DNA from: Lytechinus pictus
Taxonomy: Eukaryota
Direction: 5' to 3'
Assembly: GCF_037042905.1 (NCBI RefSeq)
Contig: NC_087252.1
Span: 2,048,001-2,112,000, forward strand
DNA: 64,000 nt
Below the pieces are notes generated by a model. The model was given only the letters and a program-made list of their open reading frames with translations. It was not told where the DNA came from and made no database searches. The translations under genes were made by a program, and so were the position numbers. Shown piece by piece: positions 38,988 to 52,100 of this stretch. The number at the start of each line of letters is the position of its first letter. Positions within the stretch are counted from its first letter, which is position 1.

Positions 38988-41073
38988 GTGTAAACCACGA
39001 TTTTTTAATGGAAGTTTTGAATCGCTTTAATATGGGAACAAAATTTATTAAGTGGGTAAAAAACATTTATTGCGAGAGGAAAAGTTATGTTATGAATAAT
39101 GGATTTTTAACTAAGGTAATTAATATGGAAAGAGGCATATTCCAAGGGTGCCCAATTTCCCCCTATCTTTTTTACTTGTAATTGAAACAATGGATTTTGC
39201 TGTGAGACAAAATGACAATATCAAAGGTATTCCAATCCAAAATGAAGAAGTGAAAATTTTATTGATGGCGGAGGATTCAACTTGTTTTTTGGATGGTTCC
39301 TTGGAATCTTTTAATATTTTATTTCAAGTGCTTGATAAATTTGCTAGTAGTTCAGGGTGTAGGCTTAACTTATCTAAGTCAGAAGCTATCTGGATGGGAA
39401 GGAAAAAAGGTTGTCAAGATTTCCCATTTGCTGAAAGAGGTCTAACATGGAGAGATAATTCTTTCAAAACATTGGGTATTCAATTTTCGTAGAATTTTAA
39501 TTCACTGTATAGTCTTTACTATGTTCCTAAACTGAGGCAGATAGAGAATATATTGAATTGTTGGCGCTCAAGAAATTTGTCTTTTGTTGGAAAAATCTGT
39601 GTTATTAAAACTTTATTAATGCCTCAGTTGCTGTATTTATTATCTGTTTTGTGTATTAAAATTCCAAGCATTTTTTTTAAAGATCTAAATACTTTATTTT
39701 ACAGATTTATTTCGAATGGAGGCAAGGACAGAGTAAAGAGGAATTTTTTTTGTAATGAGTTTTCTGCCTGTGGGCTCAAGATGGTTGATCCCTATACATT
39801 TTCATTGGCTCAGAAAATGATTTGGGTAAAATTTTTGTTAAATGATAATTACAATAGTGGATGGAAATTAATTGAAGTTTCCTTTTTTAGACAAATTTAA
39901 TGCAATGAGGGACATTTTGTGGAAGGCCCATGCACCTGAACAAATTTTGAATTATTTGAATTGTTCCCTACTTGCAGACTCAATCCGGACCTGGTACTTG
40001 TTTAGAGATAAAGCTTCCAGAAAAGAGTTTGGTTATGATTATTTGTATTTGGGTTATTCACATTGTATTTGGTTTGACAGAAATGTCAGATCCAAATCTA
40101 AACAATTTTTCTTTTTATGAAAATTGGTTTAATAAGGGCATAGTTTTTATAAGTGATCTCTTTAATCCACCCCATCCAGGTTACAAGTTATATGAAGAGT
40201 TAGTTCTCGACTTTGAAATTTCAGCAAAAGATAGAAGAAAGTATATTTTTTTATTACAAAATATTCCTGGTCCATGGTTAGATTGGCATAATAATCCAGA
40301 TTTAGATATCCATTCTGAAGTTGTAGATAAATTATTAGAGGAAAGGAAAGTTAGCAGTTATGCATACTCGATATTTTTCGATCAATGTCTCCCAGATAAT
40401 TGTATTTCCTTTTGGGAAGAGTCGTGCCCTCCTAACGACAAAGTAGACTGGGAGAAAATACATATGCTGAATTTTAAGAGTACTATTGATAGCCGCCTCA
40501 GATCATTTTATTTTAAGGTGTTTCATAAGACAATTGCCCTTAATGCATTTTTATTTAAAATCAAGAGAAAAGATTCCCCAAACTGTTCATTCTGTAAAAG
40601 AGACCCTGAAACAATTGTACATATATTTTGTGATTGTCCGGTGGTTAACATTGTATGGGACGACCTGTTATCTATAATAAACCAAAAACAACATTCAAAT
40701 ATTATCCTTTCCCCCTTTGTAAAGATTTTTGGTATTCAAGATGATAATTGTCTAGCATTCATTTTCCTTGCTTTCAAATACTATGTTCACTTTTGTAAAT
40801 TTAATAACAAAACCCCCAATATTGTGGAATTCAAAGCTCATATCCAAGGTATTAAGGATATTGAATATGTTTTGGCGAAGAAAAATGGTAAATTACCTGT
40901 ACATTTTAAAAAGTGGAGATTTGATATCTAATTTGTTTTATGTATCTGTCTTGACAAGTATATACCTACATGTATGTAAGTGCTGCTCTGTTTAATCATG
41001 TAAAAAGCTTGTTGATTTGTTTGATTTGTACTGTGAATTATTTTTTGATCAATAAATATTGAAAAAAAAAAAA
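38988..41073 (+). mobile_element. 5'-truncated L1/Tx1-clade LINE, ORF2 pseudogene
   Basis: RGIFQGCPISPYLF, MAEDST (degenerate YADD), C-terminal CSFC..ETIVHIFCDC. Frameshifts and stops. AATAAA at 41051 followed by a poly(A) tail. Confidence 0.9.
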
Positions 41074-41825
41074 CATAGACTGAGATATGCGTTTAACTAT
41101 TTTTATCAATGTTTACAAAGTCTGAGATAGACATGACTTGTAACATATACAGTCCTCCATTCTTTATCCCTAACCCTTCTGACTCTATCAATTATCATCA
41201 TCTAGAACAGAATGGGTGTAAGAGATCTAAACTCAAATAATATTAGTTCAGGTGGTCAAAGCTTGATGGAGTTCAGTTCCATTTGGGCTATATCTAAGAG
41301 CAATGCTCGTCGATTCATGGACCAGTTCGGTCAATGGTCGATTCAACAAGTTCAGACGAGAGAAAACAGTAAACAGCATGAATGTAGAACCTTGGAAAAT
41401 AGACCATTCAGCTTACCAGTCAACGAGACTTATCGGACACAAACTCTAAAACGTATTTTTTATTCCACAACTCCTATAGAATGATTCGTTGAAGAACGCA
41501 ACGCTTGAGATACACACCTCCATGGGCGTATCCAGGATTTAAAAAAGGGGAGCACATGTTTTCGAGGAAAAAAATTGACAAGCAAAAAAAGGGGAAAAAA
41601 GGTCTTTACTTTCAAAAGGGGGGCACACTTCTGTTCTTATGGCATTTTTACATTACAAATTTTAATTTTGCTTCTCGAAAGGAGAGGGGGCACGGACCGA
41701 CTGTGCCCCCCCCCCCCTGGATCCGGCAGTGCACACGCCATTATTCTATAGTGAGATAGAGATGGACAAAATTTTGACATGACCGTCAAGTGTGGTCTGA
41801 ACTTTGTTTTGCTCATATTCGTAGT

Positions 41826-41928
41826 CATGGACCTATCCAGGGAGGATTATTCTATTGTTACTGGTGGTGCTGAGTATTGTCACAGCACCCCCAGTAACAA
41901 TAGATAATCCTTCGTGGATAGGTCCATG
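41826..41928. mobile_element. Hairpin mini-MITE with CATGGACCTAT termini (P-element-like)
   Basis: Near-perfect stem of about 46 bp. Flanks TTCGTAGT / GTCGTAGT. Confidence 0.65.
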
Positions 41929-42645
41929 GTCGTAGTATAGGACATCTACTCATTTTTTTTCTTTTGACGGCATCAGCCACGCCAATTTTCAACTTTCCTC
42001 TTATTTAGGATTTTCTTACTTTAAAGAATAAGCATTTCGCGTTTGGTATCAAATTAAAGCCAATTGCGACGGAAAGTTATTTATCTATATGCAGTTTATG
42101 GAATGAAGATATCATACGTGTTATCAAGCTATAGCTAATTAGCCAATGGAATGTTAATTTTTAATACATTTATTTGTAGAATCTGATGACACCGATATCC
42201 TTCCCACATGGAACGTGTTTCAAAACTTCCTAAAGAGTAACCACTATGTGATGGACAAGGTACATGAGCTTCCTTCTTACTAAACTACATGGGACGGACA
42301 GTAAGGTTTGCCGGGTGACCTTCTGATTAGTTGTTCTCGAGTTAAAGCTCCTGAAGACAAACACATTTGACACGCTCTTTTGTAGGAAAATTGTTAATAT
42401 TTGAAGCATCTTTATTCTTGCTAAATAATAATGAAAAAGAATAATGTCAGATATTCTGTTTCATTTCCACATTTTATCAGTGAAAGGAAGTATGAATCAC
42501 AGTTTTTAACTAGTCTACTTCTTCTGCATCAGGCTATATAAATTTAGATGGTATTGAAACAGTAAGTACAGTGTGGAAATCTTTCCCTTGCCGAATGGAT
42601 ATAATACGGTTTCACATCCGGAAATGTCATTTTTTTTTTCTTATA

Positions 42646-43464
42646 CAGTGCGTCCCAGAAAAAACGAAACCGAGATTTAGCGATGATTTATCATAACTTA
42701 ATCATAAATAAAATAGACAAATGACCTACCAATGTAAAGCTTAGAATCTCCTCTTTTATCTGATACTACTTAGATTATTCCTCATTCACGCATGATTGAG
42801 CAAAAACAATTCGAAGAAAGGATGCCAAAAACTCATTTGGCGGGGGGTATCTGAATTTCAAAAAGAAAATCACATGACTAAAAAGTTCAATATCTTCTCT
42901 TTTCTTTGATACCTAAATCACAGAAAATGGTCAAGTAGTAAAAAAGTTATGATCCCTCGAAACAATGCTTGTATTTCCATAATTTCATTAAATAAACGTG
43001 TTTTCACCGGTTTCCCACTGAAGCTATCGCACGGTAACAAAAGACTTAATGCATGGCTGAACGTCAACAAAACGGAGTGTCGAGTGAGTTTGAACGCTAG
43101 CCTGTAAAACCTCTTCATTTTATGAAATTATTGAAATTCAAACCTTATTTCAAATAACCAGAACTTTGTTATTTCTTGACCATTTTCTGTAATTGAGGTA
43201 TCAAATTAAAGAGCAGATATTGAACTTTTTAAAAATGTGGTTTTCTTTGTAAAACCCAGATACGGCCCGCCAAGTGACTTTTTGAAATCCCCTTTTAAAA
43301 TTGTTTTTGCTCACTCATGCGTGAATGAGAAATAATCTAAGTAATTTCAGATGAAAGAGGAGATTCTAAGCTTTAAAATGGTAGGTCATTTGTCTATTGT
43401 ATTTGCGATTAAGTTATGATAAATCATCGATAAATCTCGGTTTCATTTTTTGTGGGACGCACTG
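42646..43464. mobile_element. Tc1/mariner-type foldback MITE
   Basis: TA|CAGTGCGTCCCA ... TGGGACGCACTG|TA. Inverted arms cover most of the element. Confidence 0.85.
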
Positions 43465-44667
43465 TATACACTTAAAATAATACTAGTAGAACACATTAAA
43501 TTGCATGTGCCCTCAGTGAGGACTTATATGTGCTTCTTCAGAAGACAGTTTTCACGTCAGCCTCTTGATAATCACGATACTCTTAATCATGTCATATATA
43601 AGCTGCATTTGATGGTTGGTTCTGTTGACATCGTGTTACGGCAGATTTTGGCTACTGTTCATATCGGTAAGAGAAATTTGTAGCGAAAATGTGCAGTTAT
43701 ATATTGATGTGCCTGTACAGTGGATAATACGCAACATAACTTGAAACCCAAATTTGACAGTTATTAAGAACTAAAGGTTGATAATTAATGGTATTTTTAT
43801 ACTTCGTGTACCTAGTCTACTGCAGATGATATTCATAAAATGGTGATTATTTTTCATTCTTATTGGTCTGCTTAATTAGTTTAGGGTTTGATTTACTTGT
43901 TAAATGGTTTGTATTTCCATTAATAAGAAAAGCAAAAGATGAAAAAAAATCCACAAAGAAATACATAAGCAATGTTTAAAACAAAGAAATAAATCAGAAA
44001 AAATGACTTTTGCCATTTTTCTTTATGGAATTCCTTGAAATGGATTTCGAAGATGACATCGGGGGAGGGGGGGGGGTGAAAATTTGCGATGAAATTGGGT
44101 GTTAACTATACAAATAATGTTTTTCCTGAATAAATTTGCATTTTTTATACTGGCTTGTAGTTTATGTGATAAAGAATGTGCGAGCTGAAATTTGGCGCGA
44201 TCGAGATCAGAGTGAGGGGGGGGGGGGGGGGGTCATGCTCCCAGCCTCGATACATCTCAAATAGCCCAGTCCTTTTAGGATTAAGCAGTAAAGAACACTT
44301 GAACTTGATACCCCACGCCGTAGCGTGTAATAAACGCAAATGATAAATGAAATCAGGAGACATGATACATGTACCTGCACACCTCGAAAAGACGAACATC
44401 GCAGACTATACATGTACACATAAACTTGAAAGCAAGTAGTATTTATGATTCCGTGTGAGTCATTGTTTACATAGTTATATTTCTAAATATACAGATTGAT
44501 TACAGTCACCATTGATCTTCTTCCTTTTGTTATTTTCCATTTTGTTCTTCATTCCCTCCTCCACTTCTTCTTTCTACAAGAAGGCACTGGTCCATTTGTT
44601 CAGCAGTAATATTTCTGTCAGTCCGAGGTTTAAAGTTTTTGTCTTTCATCACGGTTAAGTTAAGCAG

Positions 44668-45160
44668 GATAATAATAATAATAATCCGCTTTCATATAGC
44701 GCTTAATGCATCGGAACAACGTGTCTAAGCGCTTTACAGATATATTATTACCCCGGTCATCCGATTCAATCGTCATTCCCGCACACAATGTGTGCAGGAT
44801 AATAATAATAATAAGAATCCGCTTTCATATAGCGCTTAATGCATCGGAACGACGTGTCAAAGTGCTTTACAGATATATTATTACCCCGGTCATCGGATTC
44901 AATCGTCATTCCCGCACACAATGTGTGCACATCCTCCACTCCCTGGGGAGTATTCCAGTCAGTCGCCGGTGAGGCGCATACAGTACTGGACAATATACAA
45001 TGACTTTCACATCCTACCGGGTACCCATTTAGCACCTGGGTCGAGAGTGGCAAAGTGCGGATTACCGCCTTGGCAAAGGACGCCAGACCGCGGTGGGATT
45101 CAAACACACGACCCCCTGTTTACACGGCGATAGTCAGAACCATTACACCACAGCTCCTCC
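44668..45160 (-). mobile_element. tRNA-derived SINE with (ATT)n tail and tandemly duplicated 3' end
   Basis: Minus strand GTGGTGTAATGG...GTTTGAATCC head, core CTCGACCCAGGTGCTAAATGGGTACC. About 130-bp 3' segment occurs twice. Confidence 0.8.
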
Positions 45161-46102
45161 GTGTAATGAGATTCCCTTTTCCCGACTCTACTGATGAATG
45201 AATAGCTTTTTCAACTTCTACGAAGTTCAGTAATATTGATTTTATTCTACATCTGTTTCTAAACAGATCAAAAGAGTACCACCCTTATCTTTTTTAAAAA
45301 CATCATAATTTTAAACAAAGTTGACTTTAGGAAAATAATTGTAAAGCTTTTGATTTGTTTAGACATTCGTGAAAGTGCACTCATAGCAGAATTAACACTT
45401 CAAAGTCACCAAGGTCAATTTGAGGGATTTGTGATCCACAATATTTTTTTTTCATGATTCGTTTTTTACATTTCGATCCCGGGTCAATGAGTTCAAGTTG
45501 ACAAGACCACCTTTCTACAACTTTGAAATGGTAAGGTCCATTTAGTTTATTAAAACAAATATCAACATTATGCTGCACTCGATCCAGGTGATGAGAATGG
45601 ATACCGGGCAGGATTAATTCCTTAAATGCACTGAGCGCCGTTGATGGTAGCTCGAGCTAAAGCCGGGGTAAAAAAAATAGCAAGCACTTTGTACCCTCAG
45701 GCAATTTAAGTGCTTTATATATCCAGCTATAATTTTTTTATTTTCATCAAAATAAATTTAATTATTTCCTTGAAAAATAAATTGTTCTACTTGAATGAAC
45801 ACCGGGCAATGTAGCCAAGACGTGGTTCAGTAAGTATAATTTATGAATGAAAAAAATATGTTTCATGTATGAAAGGGGAACAGGGAACGGCAGAGATAAC
45901 CGAGAGAGCGTGTTGGGTGTATGAGTAACCTTTGTTCAAACAAACATGTTAAAAATTATACAGAGACCGAATATTATGAGACAGGCCAATGAGGTCTTGA
46001 CACTAGTTAATAATCAACTACGATGATGGGACCGTATGTAATATAATCGAGGTAAATATAGCTACCGCGCGTTTTCACCTGGTAATATTGTAAGAGCTGA
46101 AA

Positions 46103-46184
46103 ATGGAGGATCGAAAAGGAAGACTGGAACTGTCTCTTTGTGTGTGCTGTATTTTGTCAGTATGTGTCACATCTGGAATATCAG
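46103..46184 (+). CDS. Gene B exon 1, signal peptide
   Basis: aaaATGG; MEDRKGRLELSLCVCCILSVCVTSGIS G|GTAAAT. Confidence 0.8.
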
Positions 46185-49100
46185 GTAAATTTTAAACGAC
46201 CTTGAATTAATACAGAATGTCTTAATAAACGCCCTGATTTTGGGCATTGATTGCTAGCTTAGTCTTAATGCAAGTGAACACGATCGACGAAAAATGTCGC
46301 GGAAGGTGGTATGTTTACAACACATGCATGCTGAAGGAAAGCAATATATTGCTTTATTTCTTTGTTTTAGATATGGTTTGTGAAGGTTGAATGCAAAACG
46401 AGAGAATGAAATGAACAAGTGAAATCGTAAGGTGTGGTATGGACAAATGTGGCGTCATGCTATGATGACATTGTCACCATATTATCTTGACTATCAGTGC
46501 TACTATTGTTTTCTTTTTATAATAGCTTGAAAAGCATATTTTATTCAACATGTGGGAATTCATTAAAAATGATATGAATGTTCAGTAAAGTTTCATCTTG
46601 ACGCAAAATTTACTCGTTGTTATCGTTTGATGAGCAGTATAATATTATCAAACTTCTTTCTACTCACATGTTTATCACTCTGTTTATGGATAGTTATCTA
46701 AAAACCATGGTAGGTTGGCATGGTTGAGGATTCCATGTCAAGACACTAAAGCAGAAAAAATAGATTGTGGTATTTTTCTAAATCGCTTGATAAAAAAAAG
46801 ATCACAAGTTCCTGAAATTACCACATCGTCCAGACAAATAACCGAGGGGTCTATGAGAGCTGCTTCCCTTATTCATTCTAAGAAATATATTTTCCGACTT
46901 TTTATTTCTTCCTTATTCAAGAGGAGTGTTTTCATCCCTCTTCAAGGTTCCTACATGTACTACCCATCGGTTCCTTATGTTATTATTACTTGCCTTCAAC
47001 CATTCTCACTCATTTCAAAATTCTTATTAATATGTCTTTTTTTGTATTTAGGGGTCGCTGGAGAGATCAAAGATGGAATTGTTTTAACAGACCTACACAA
47101 GACAGTTCAGAGAGGAAACGACGTCGTGCTAAACTGTGAATTTTACAAAGAACCTGTTGCCGTCTATTGGAAGAAAGGGGATGACCCTGAGGGTGGAGTT
47201 AACGTTGTAACGTGGGTGGACGGAAGAGAGTTCTCTGGATACTGCATGAACAATGAGAGATGTGGGATTGGAACTACAAACTACTCACTGATCATCAGAG
47301 ACGCCCAGATAGCAGACCGAGGTCGATACATATGCCGGGTTTCGAACTACCTTGGTATCCTGATTCACAACGTCACAGATTTAAAGATCTATGGTGAGAA
47401 ATTGCAAAGAAGTAATTCCCTCGCATTTGAGAGAAACAACGCACTGAATTTACTGTTACGAATAAGCCATAGTTCCAAATTCTCTGATGTTTTTAAGCAA
47501 TCTTTATGTTTTCGCAATAATCTGAAAGGTTTTTGCTTTAAAGATGTTGTTTAGTTAGTAGTCAAGGTAATTGTGTGGGTCATAATTTGGCTACTTTTCA
47601 AGTAGCATGATAATAACTAAATATTTTATACACTGTAATCCGTAACTAAAATATTATAGGCCTGCACAAGTGTATATTAATAATGAAATTGTTTACAAAT
47701 GCATATTATGTTAAAACAGATTCTTGGTCTTGAAAGTTTGTCTCGTACAAGTACTTGTGCAAATAACTGTAGGGAACTAGTTTGTACATTATCCAAGTTT
47801 ATTGCAGCCTGAGTTCACAGAGTTCTTTAACCCCTCTCTCATTTTCAGGCCCTTGCTCTACTCCAAAATAACCCTAATTTAATTTCCCCTTTTCTTCAGT
47901 CTCCATCAGCATTCTTGCCTTTTATCCTCATGTATCTTTGTTATCCCCATCTCCTTTGTTATCCTCATCCATCCTTCATCCCTTGCACCCCACACTTGAT
48001 AATTTATTTATCTCTTGGTCCTCTCAGCTATGTTACTCCCCTCCTCTCTCTTGGTTGATTGAATCATGAATATTTATGTTGTAAGACTCCTTATGTGTGA
48101 TTGGTTCTTATTCATGATGATGCATTACTTCTGTTATTGTCATCCTCCAATTTAATTTGAATATGTATTGAAATCTAGTACCTTGTACAAAGAAAGCCTA
48201 GAGAGGAAATGAATAATAAATTATGCCCTGCCAAGCTAAGGCAGTTGAGCACAGACCTTTAAACCAACAGCATCTACCTCTTCATCTGTTCTTGTTCTGT
48301 GTTGGAAGAACCCGCGTATACTTAGAGCTAATAAAATATAAAATACAGCTCCTACAACTGGTGGCAGCGGTACTCCAACTCAACAGACAAGTTTTGCAGA
48401 CAGAATTATTCTTCGAGCAAGAAATTGTGAATCTCCCTTCTTCGAGGAAAGCTAGTAAAGCTAAGCAAAGCATCCTTCTTCTAGTGTTTCGCCCTTCTTC
48501 TTGATCAGCTTGGCAAGCCTTAGATATAATTCTCCCTTCATCTTCTTCGGTGAGCAATTTCTCAAACCTAGGTCGATAGTCTGCATCTTCATTCAACACC
48601 CTCCTTCAAATTAGGTATGTCGATATTAGATGATACATGTTATAGCCCTTTTTTTGTGCTCATTGATACAGCAAATTTTAAATTGCATGTCTGCAGGTTT
48701 GTGCCAGCCTGTTTCATTTTGCAGTTTCCTATACATTACTTCATATAGAAGGTAGCTACACCCTACTTCATTTTGCAGTTAGTTGTATTACAGTTACATA
48801 AGCTATCTGCTTAAATTTGTCAGCTGTATCTGCACGATATGAATCAGCTTACCTCATTTTTTTTCAACATGGTTGCTGTGTATTAGACAATTCTCCCTAC
48901 ATCTTGAGATATTTATAGCTACATTAACCTATCACTGTTTTGAATACTATAATTAATTCATAGCAGTCAGAACATTGTGCTCATTTGCAATGTGAACGTT
49001 TAGAATGGATTTACCCGAGATTTTCTCTGGTGAAGAGGGTAAAGACTTTCACCAGTGGATAAAACGTTTTGAACTGGCAACTGAATTTATCCCTAATGCT

Positions 49101-52100
49101 TTTGATCAAAGGCACATACTATTGCCAGCACGATTATCTGGACCAGCTTTTATCATCTGGGATGGTCTCCCTGAATCGGAGAAGAAAGACTTTGCCAAAA
49201 TCAGAGACAAACTCTCCCAAGTCTTTGGTAGAACTCAGTATATGCAGTCCTTCAGATCATGTATTACTGCAAGAAAGCGACTACGAAATGAGCCACTTGA
49301 AGTTTACGCATCAGCCATCATTACAATGGTAGGAGAAGCTTTCCCCAAAAACGACGCTGAAGCGAAAGATGGTGAAGCATTTAAGATATTTCTCGCTGAC
49401 CCAAAGCTACAAGTTAAGATTCACGAGATGGGTGGAACCACACTATCTGATGCACTGAACATTGCCCTTAGAGTAGAAAGAGCAAGCGAGCAACTTTCTC
49501 CAACAACAAACGCCACCATAGCATCAACAGAAGTAACACCTACGCAAGATATCGTCTATCTCTAAGTCCTAAAGCGATTAGATGAACTGGAAAGAAAATT
49601 TGAGGAACTGAACTTTTCACAAGATCACAGCAAGCCAAGTGATGAGCAGACTACACACACTCAGAGATTCCCAGTCCCAGAGACAACCGCCCTGCCTCAC
49701 CAAACCATCGCTCAAGATGCTCCCAACACTACACACACAGGCCATCCGATAGACAGAGTATGAGCTGGTATAGATCACCAAGCCCTATGCCATCAAAGGA
49801 TGACTACCGACATAATCACCATCATCCTCCATCTAGTTCCCAAGATAGATATTCCCGTCAGCACAGACAGGATCAACGATCTCGATCGCCAAGTCCACGA
49901 CCAGAATATCGCCGCAGATCCCCAAGTCCTCATGCCCACCCCTACCAACATCAAAGCCAAACCAATGAACATTTTCCGAATAGATATTCTCAAGGGTATG
50001 GCAATGCAAGCGACAGATATGACAACCGCCGATACTCCCCAAGAAGAGGTGACAGACAACCCCAAGAGAATGTTCGCCCTAGTCGTCATGTCCAATTTGC
50101 AGAATCAAGGCCGGAAAACTTCTACTAGTTGATGATGAGGGCCAGTCGTCAGCTGCTACGTCAACGGCCCAAACCAACAGACGCCATGATCCATCAAGTG
50201 AGCAAATACCACCCTACATCCCAATCATCTTAGAAAATACCTATGTATTAGCTTACGTAGACTGTGGTTCCTACACTTCGCTCATTAACAGTGACTTTTG
50301 GGAATCTATCCCAAAACATCATAGGAGTCCTCTCACCAAGTCAGCCATGACAGCTACTTCAGTAACGAAAAACCCCTTAGACATTCTGGGCACCGTTGAG
50401 GCATCCTTACATCTAGGGAACACCACCAGACAGCACACCTTTGTTGTCGCCAGAAACATTTCACACCAGGTCATGATTGGATTGGACTTATTTTGGAAGT
50501 ATGACGCCTCAATCTCCACGACAACCTTCATCATGCCATGAGTGAATATACCTCTTGTGAACAAGCACCAATACAAAACCCCGTTGAAGTGTAATGTGTG
50601 TCTAGTGGGAAAAGCAGCCATCCCTCCTTCATGCGAGACACATGTAAATGGAAGATTTGTATCGACACAAGCCGATGTCATCCCCACCAACTATGATGGT
50701 ATCTTTGAACCTAAATTTCAATCACATCTACAAGTTGCAAGTGCTAGAAGTCTATCTAGACCTCAGGACGGTCTCATCCTCATTCGACTCATCAACCCAT
50801 CACAAGATGCTGTCGAGATACCAGCCGACACCAATCTTGGCCAGTTTTACTCTATGACGGGTGAAATTCAAGAAGAGTACGGAATAGTAGATAGTATTGT
50901 TGCAAGTACACAAACAAGCACACAAAAACCCAAACCACCACTTAAAGTTGCATCCATGCTCCCTACTTCAGATATGACTCCAAGTCAAAGAGAGAAAGCA
51001 GAGCAACTACTCTCCAAATATGATGATGTTTTCAGTTTTCAGTTCGTCATCTGACGATATTGGCCAGACTGACTCATCCTACCATCACATCAACACAACG
51101 ACCGAGGTACCAATCCAGAAACGAGCATACCGGACCTCACCAGCCTTGCGATTGGAAATCCAGTCACAAGTAGATGATCTACTGCGCAGAAGAATAATTG
51201 AAGAAAGTCATAGCCCCTGGGCAAGCCCCATAGTAATGGTTAAGAAGAAAGACAATACGTACAGATTCTGTGTAGATTATCGTGCCTTAAACGCAGTGAC
51301 TGTAAAAGACTCACACCCGATCCAAAGGCAAGATGATTCTATTGATGCACTATCATCCTCAACCTACTTCTCTGTCATGGACTTATCTAGTGGTTACTGG
51401 CAGATTCCACTCAATCCTGATGATAAGGAGAAGACAGCATTCACAACAGGTACAGGGCTGTATCATTTCAATGTTATGCCCTCGGTCTAGTCAATGCCCC
51501 AATGACGTTCCAACGCCTGATGGAAGCAGTTCTCCACGGTCTCCACTGGTCTACTTGCTTAATTCACTTAGATGATTGCATTGTACTGGGAAAGATATTT
51601 GACGAACACCTACTCAATCTCCATAAAGTACTCCAACGCTTCAGAGAAGCTGGACTTAAACTCAAGCCATCTAAGTGTCAGTTCTTTTGTAAGGAAATTA
51701 CATACCTGGGTTACGTCATCAATGATAATGGTGTACTTCCTGACCCCAACAACATCAGCAAAGTAGCATTTTTGCCAAGACCAAAGAACCCTACCAATGT
51801 CAGATCCTTCCTTGGACTAGCCTCCTTTTATCGGCGATTCATCAAAGATTTCTCAAAGATCGCCTCTCCCTGCGAGGACAAGAGTTCACTATCTTCACAG
51901 ATCACCAACCAATCCTTGGCTTCAACAGAGTACCAATTCAAGACGATGTTTCAGGTCGTCGAGCCAGATGGATAGTTGAACTCAGTGCACACACTTTCCA
52001 AATCAAACACCGGAAAGGCCGTCAAAATAGCCATGCAGATGCCTTATCCCGACGACCACCATCCTCTGAGCAGAGCGTTAACCTGGTAGATGTACTAGAA

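Noticed and set aside
46715..47051. N-terminal part of the 279-aa ORF
   Set aside because: Intronic read-through upstream of the acceptor at 47051. The real leader is exon 46103-46184.
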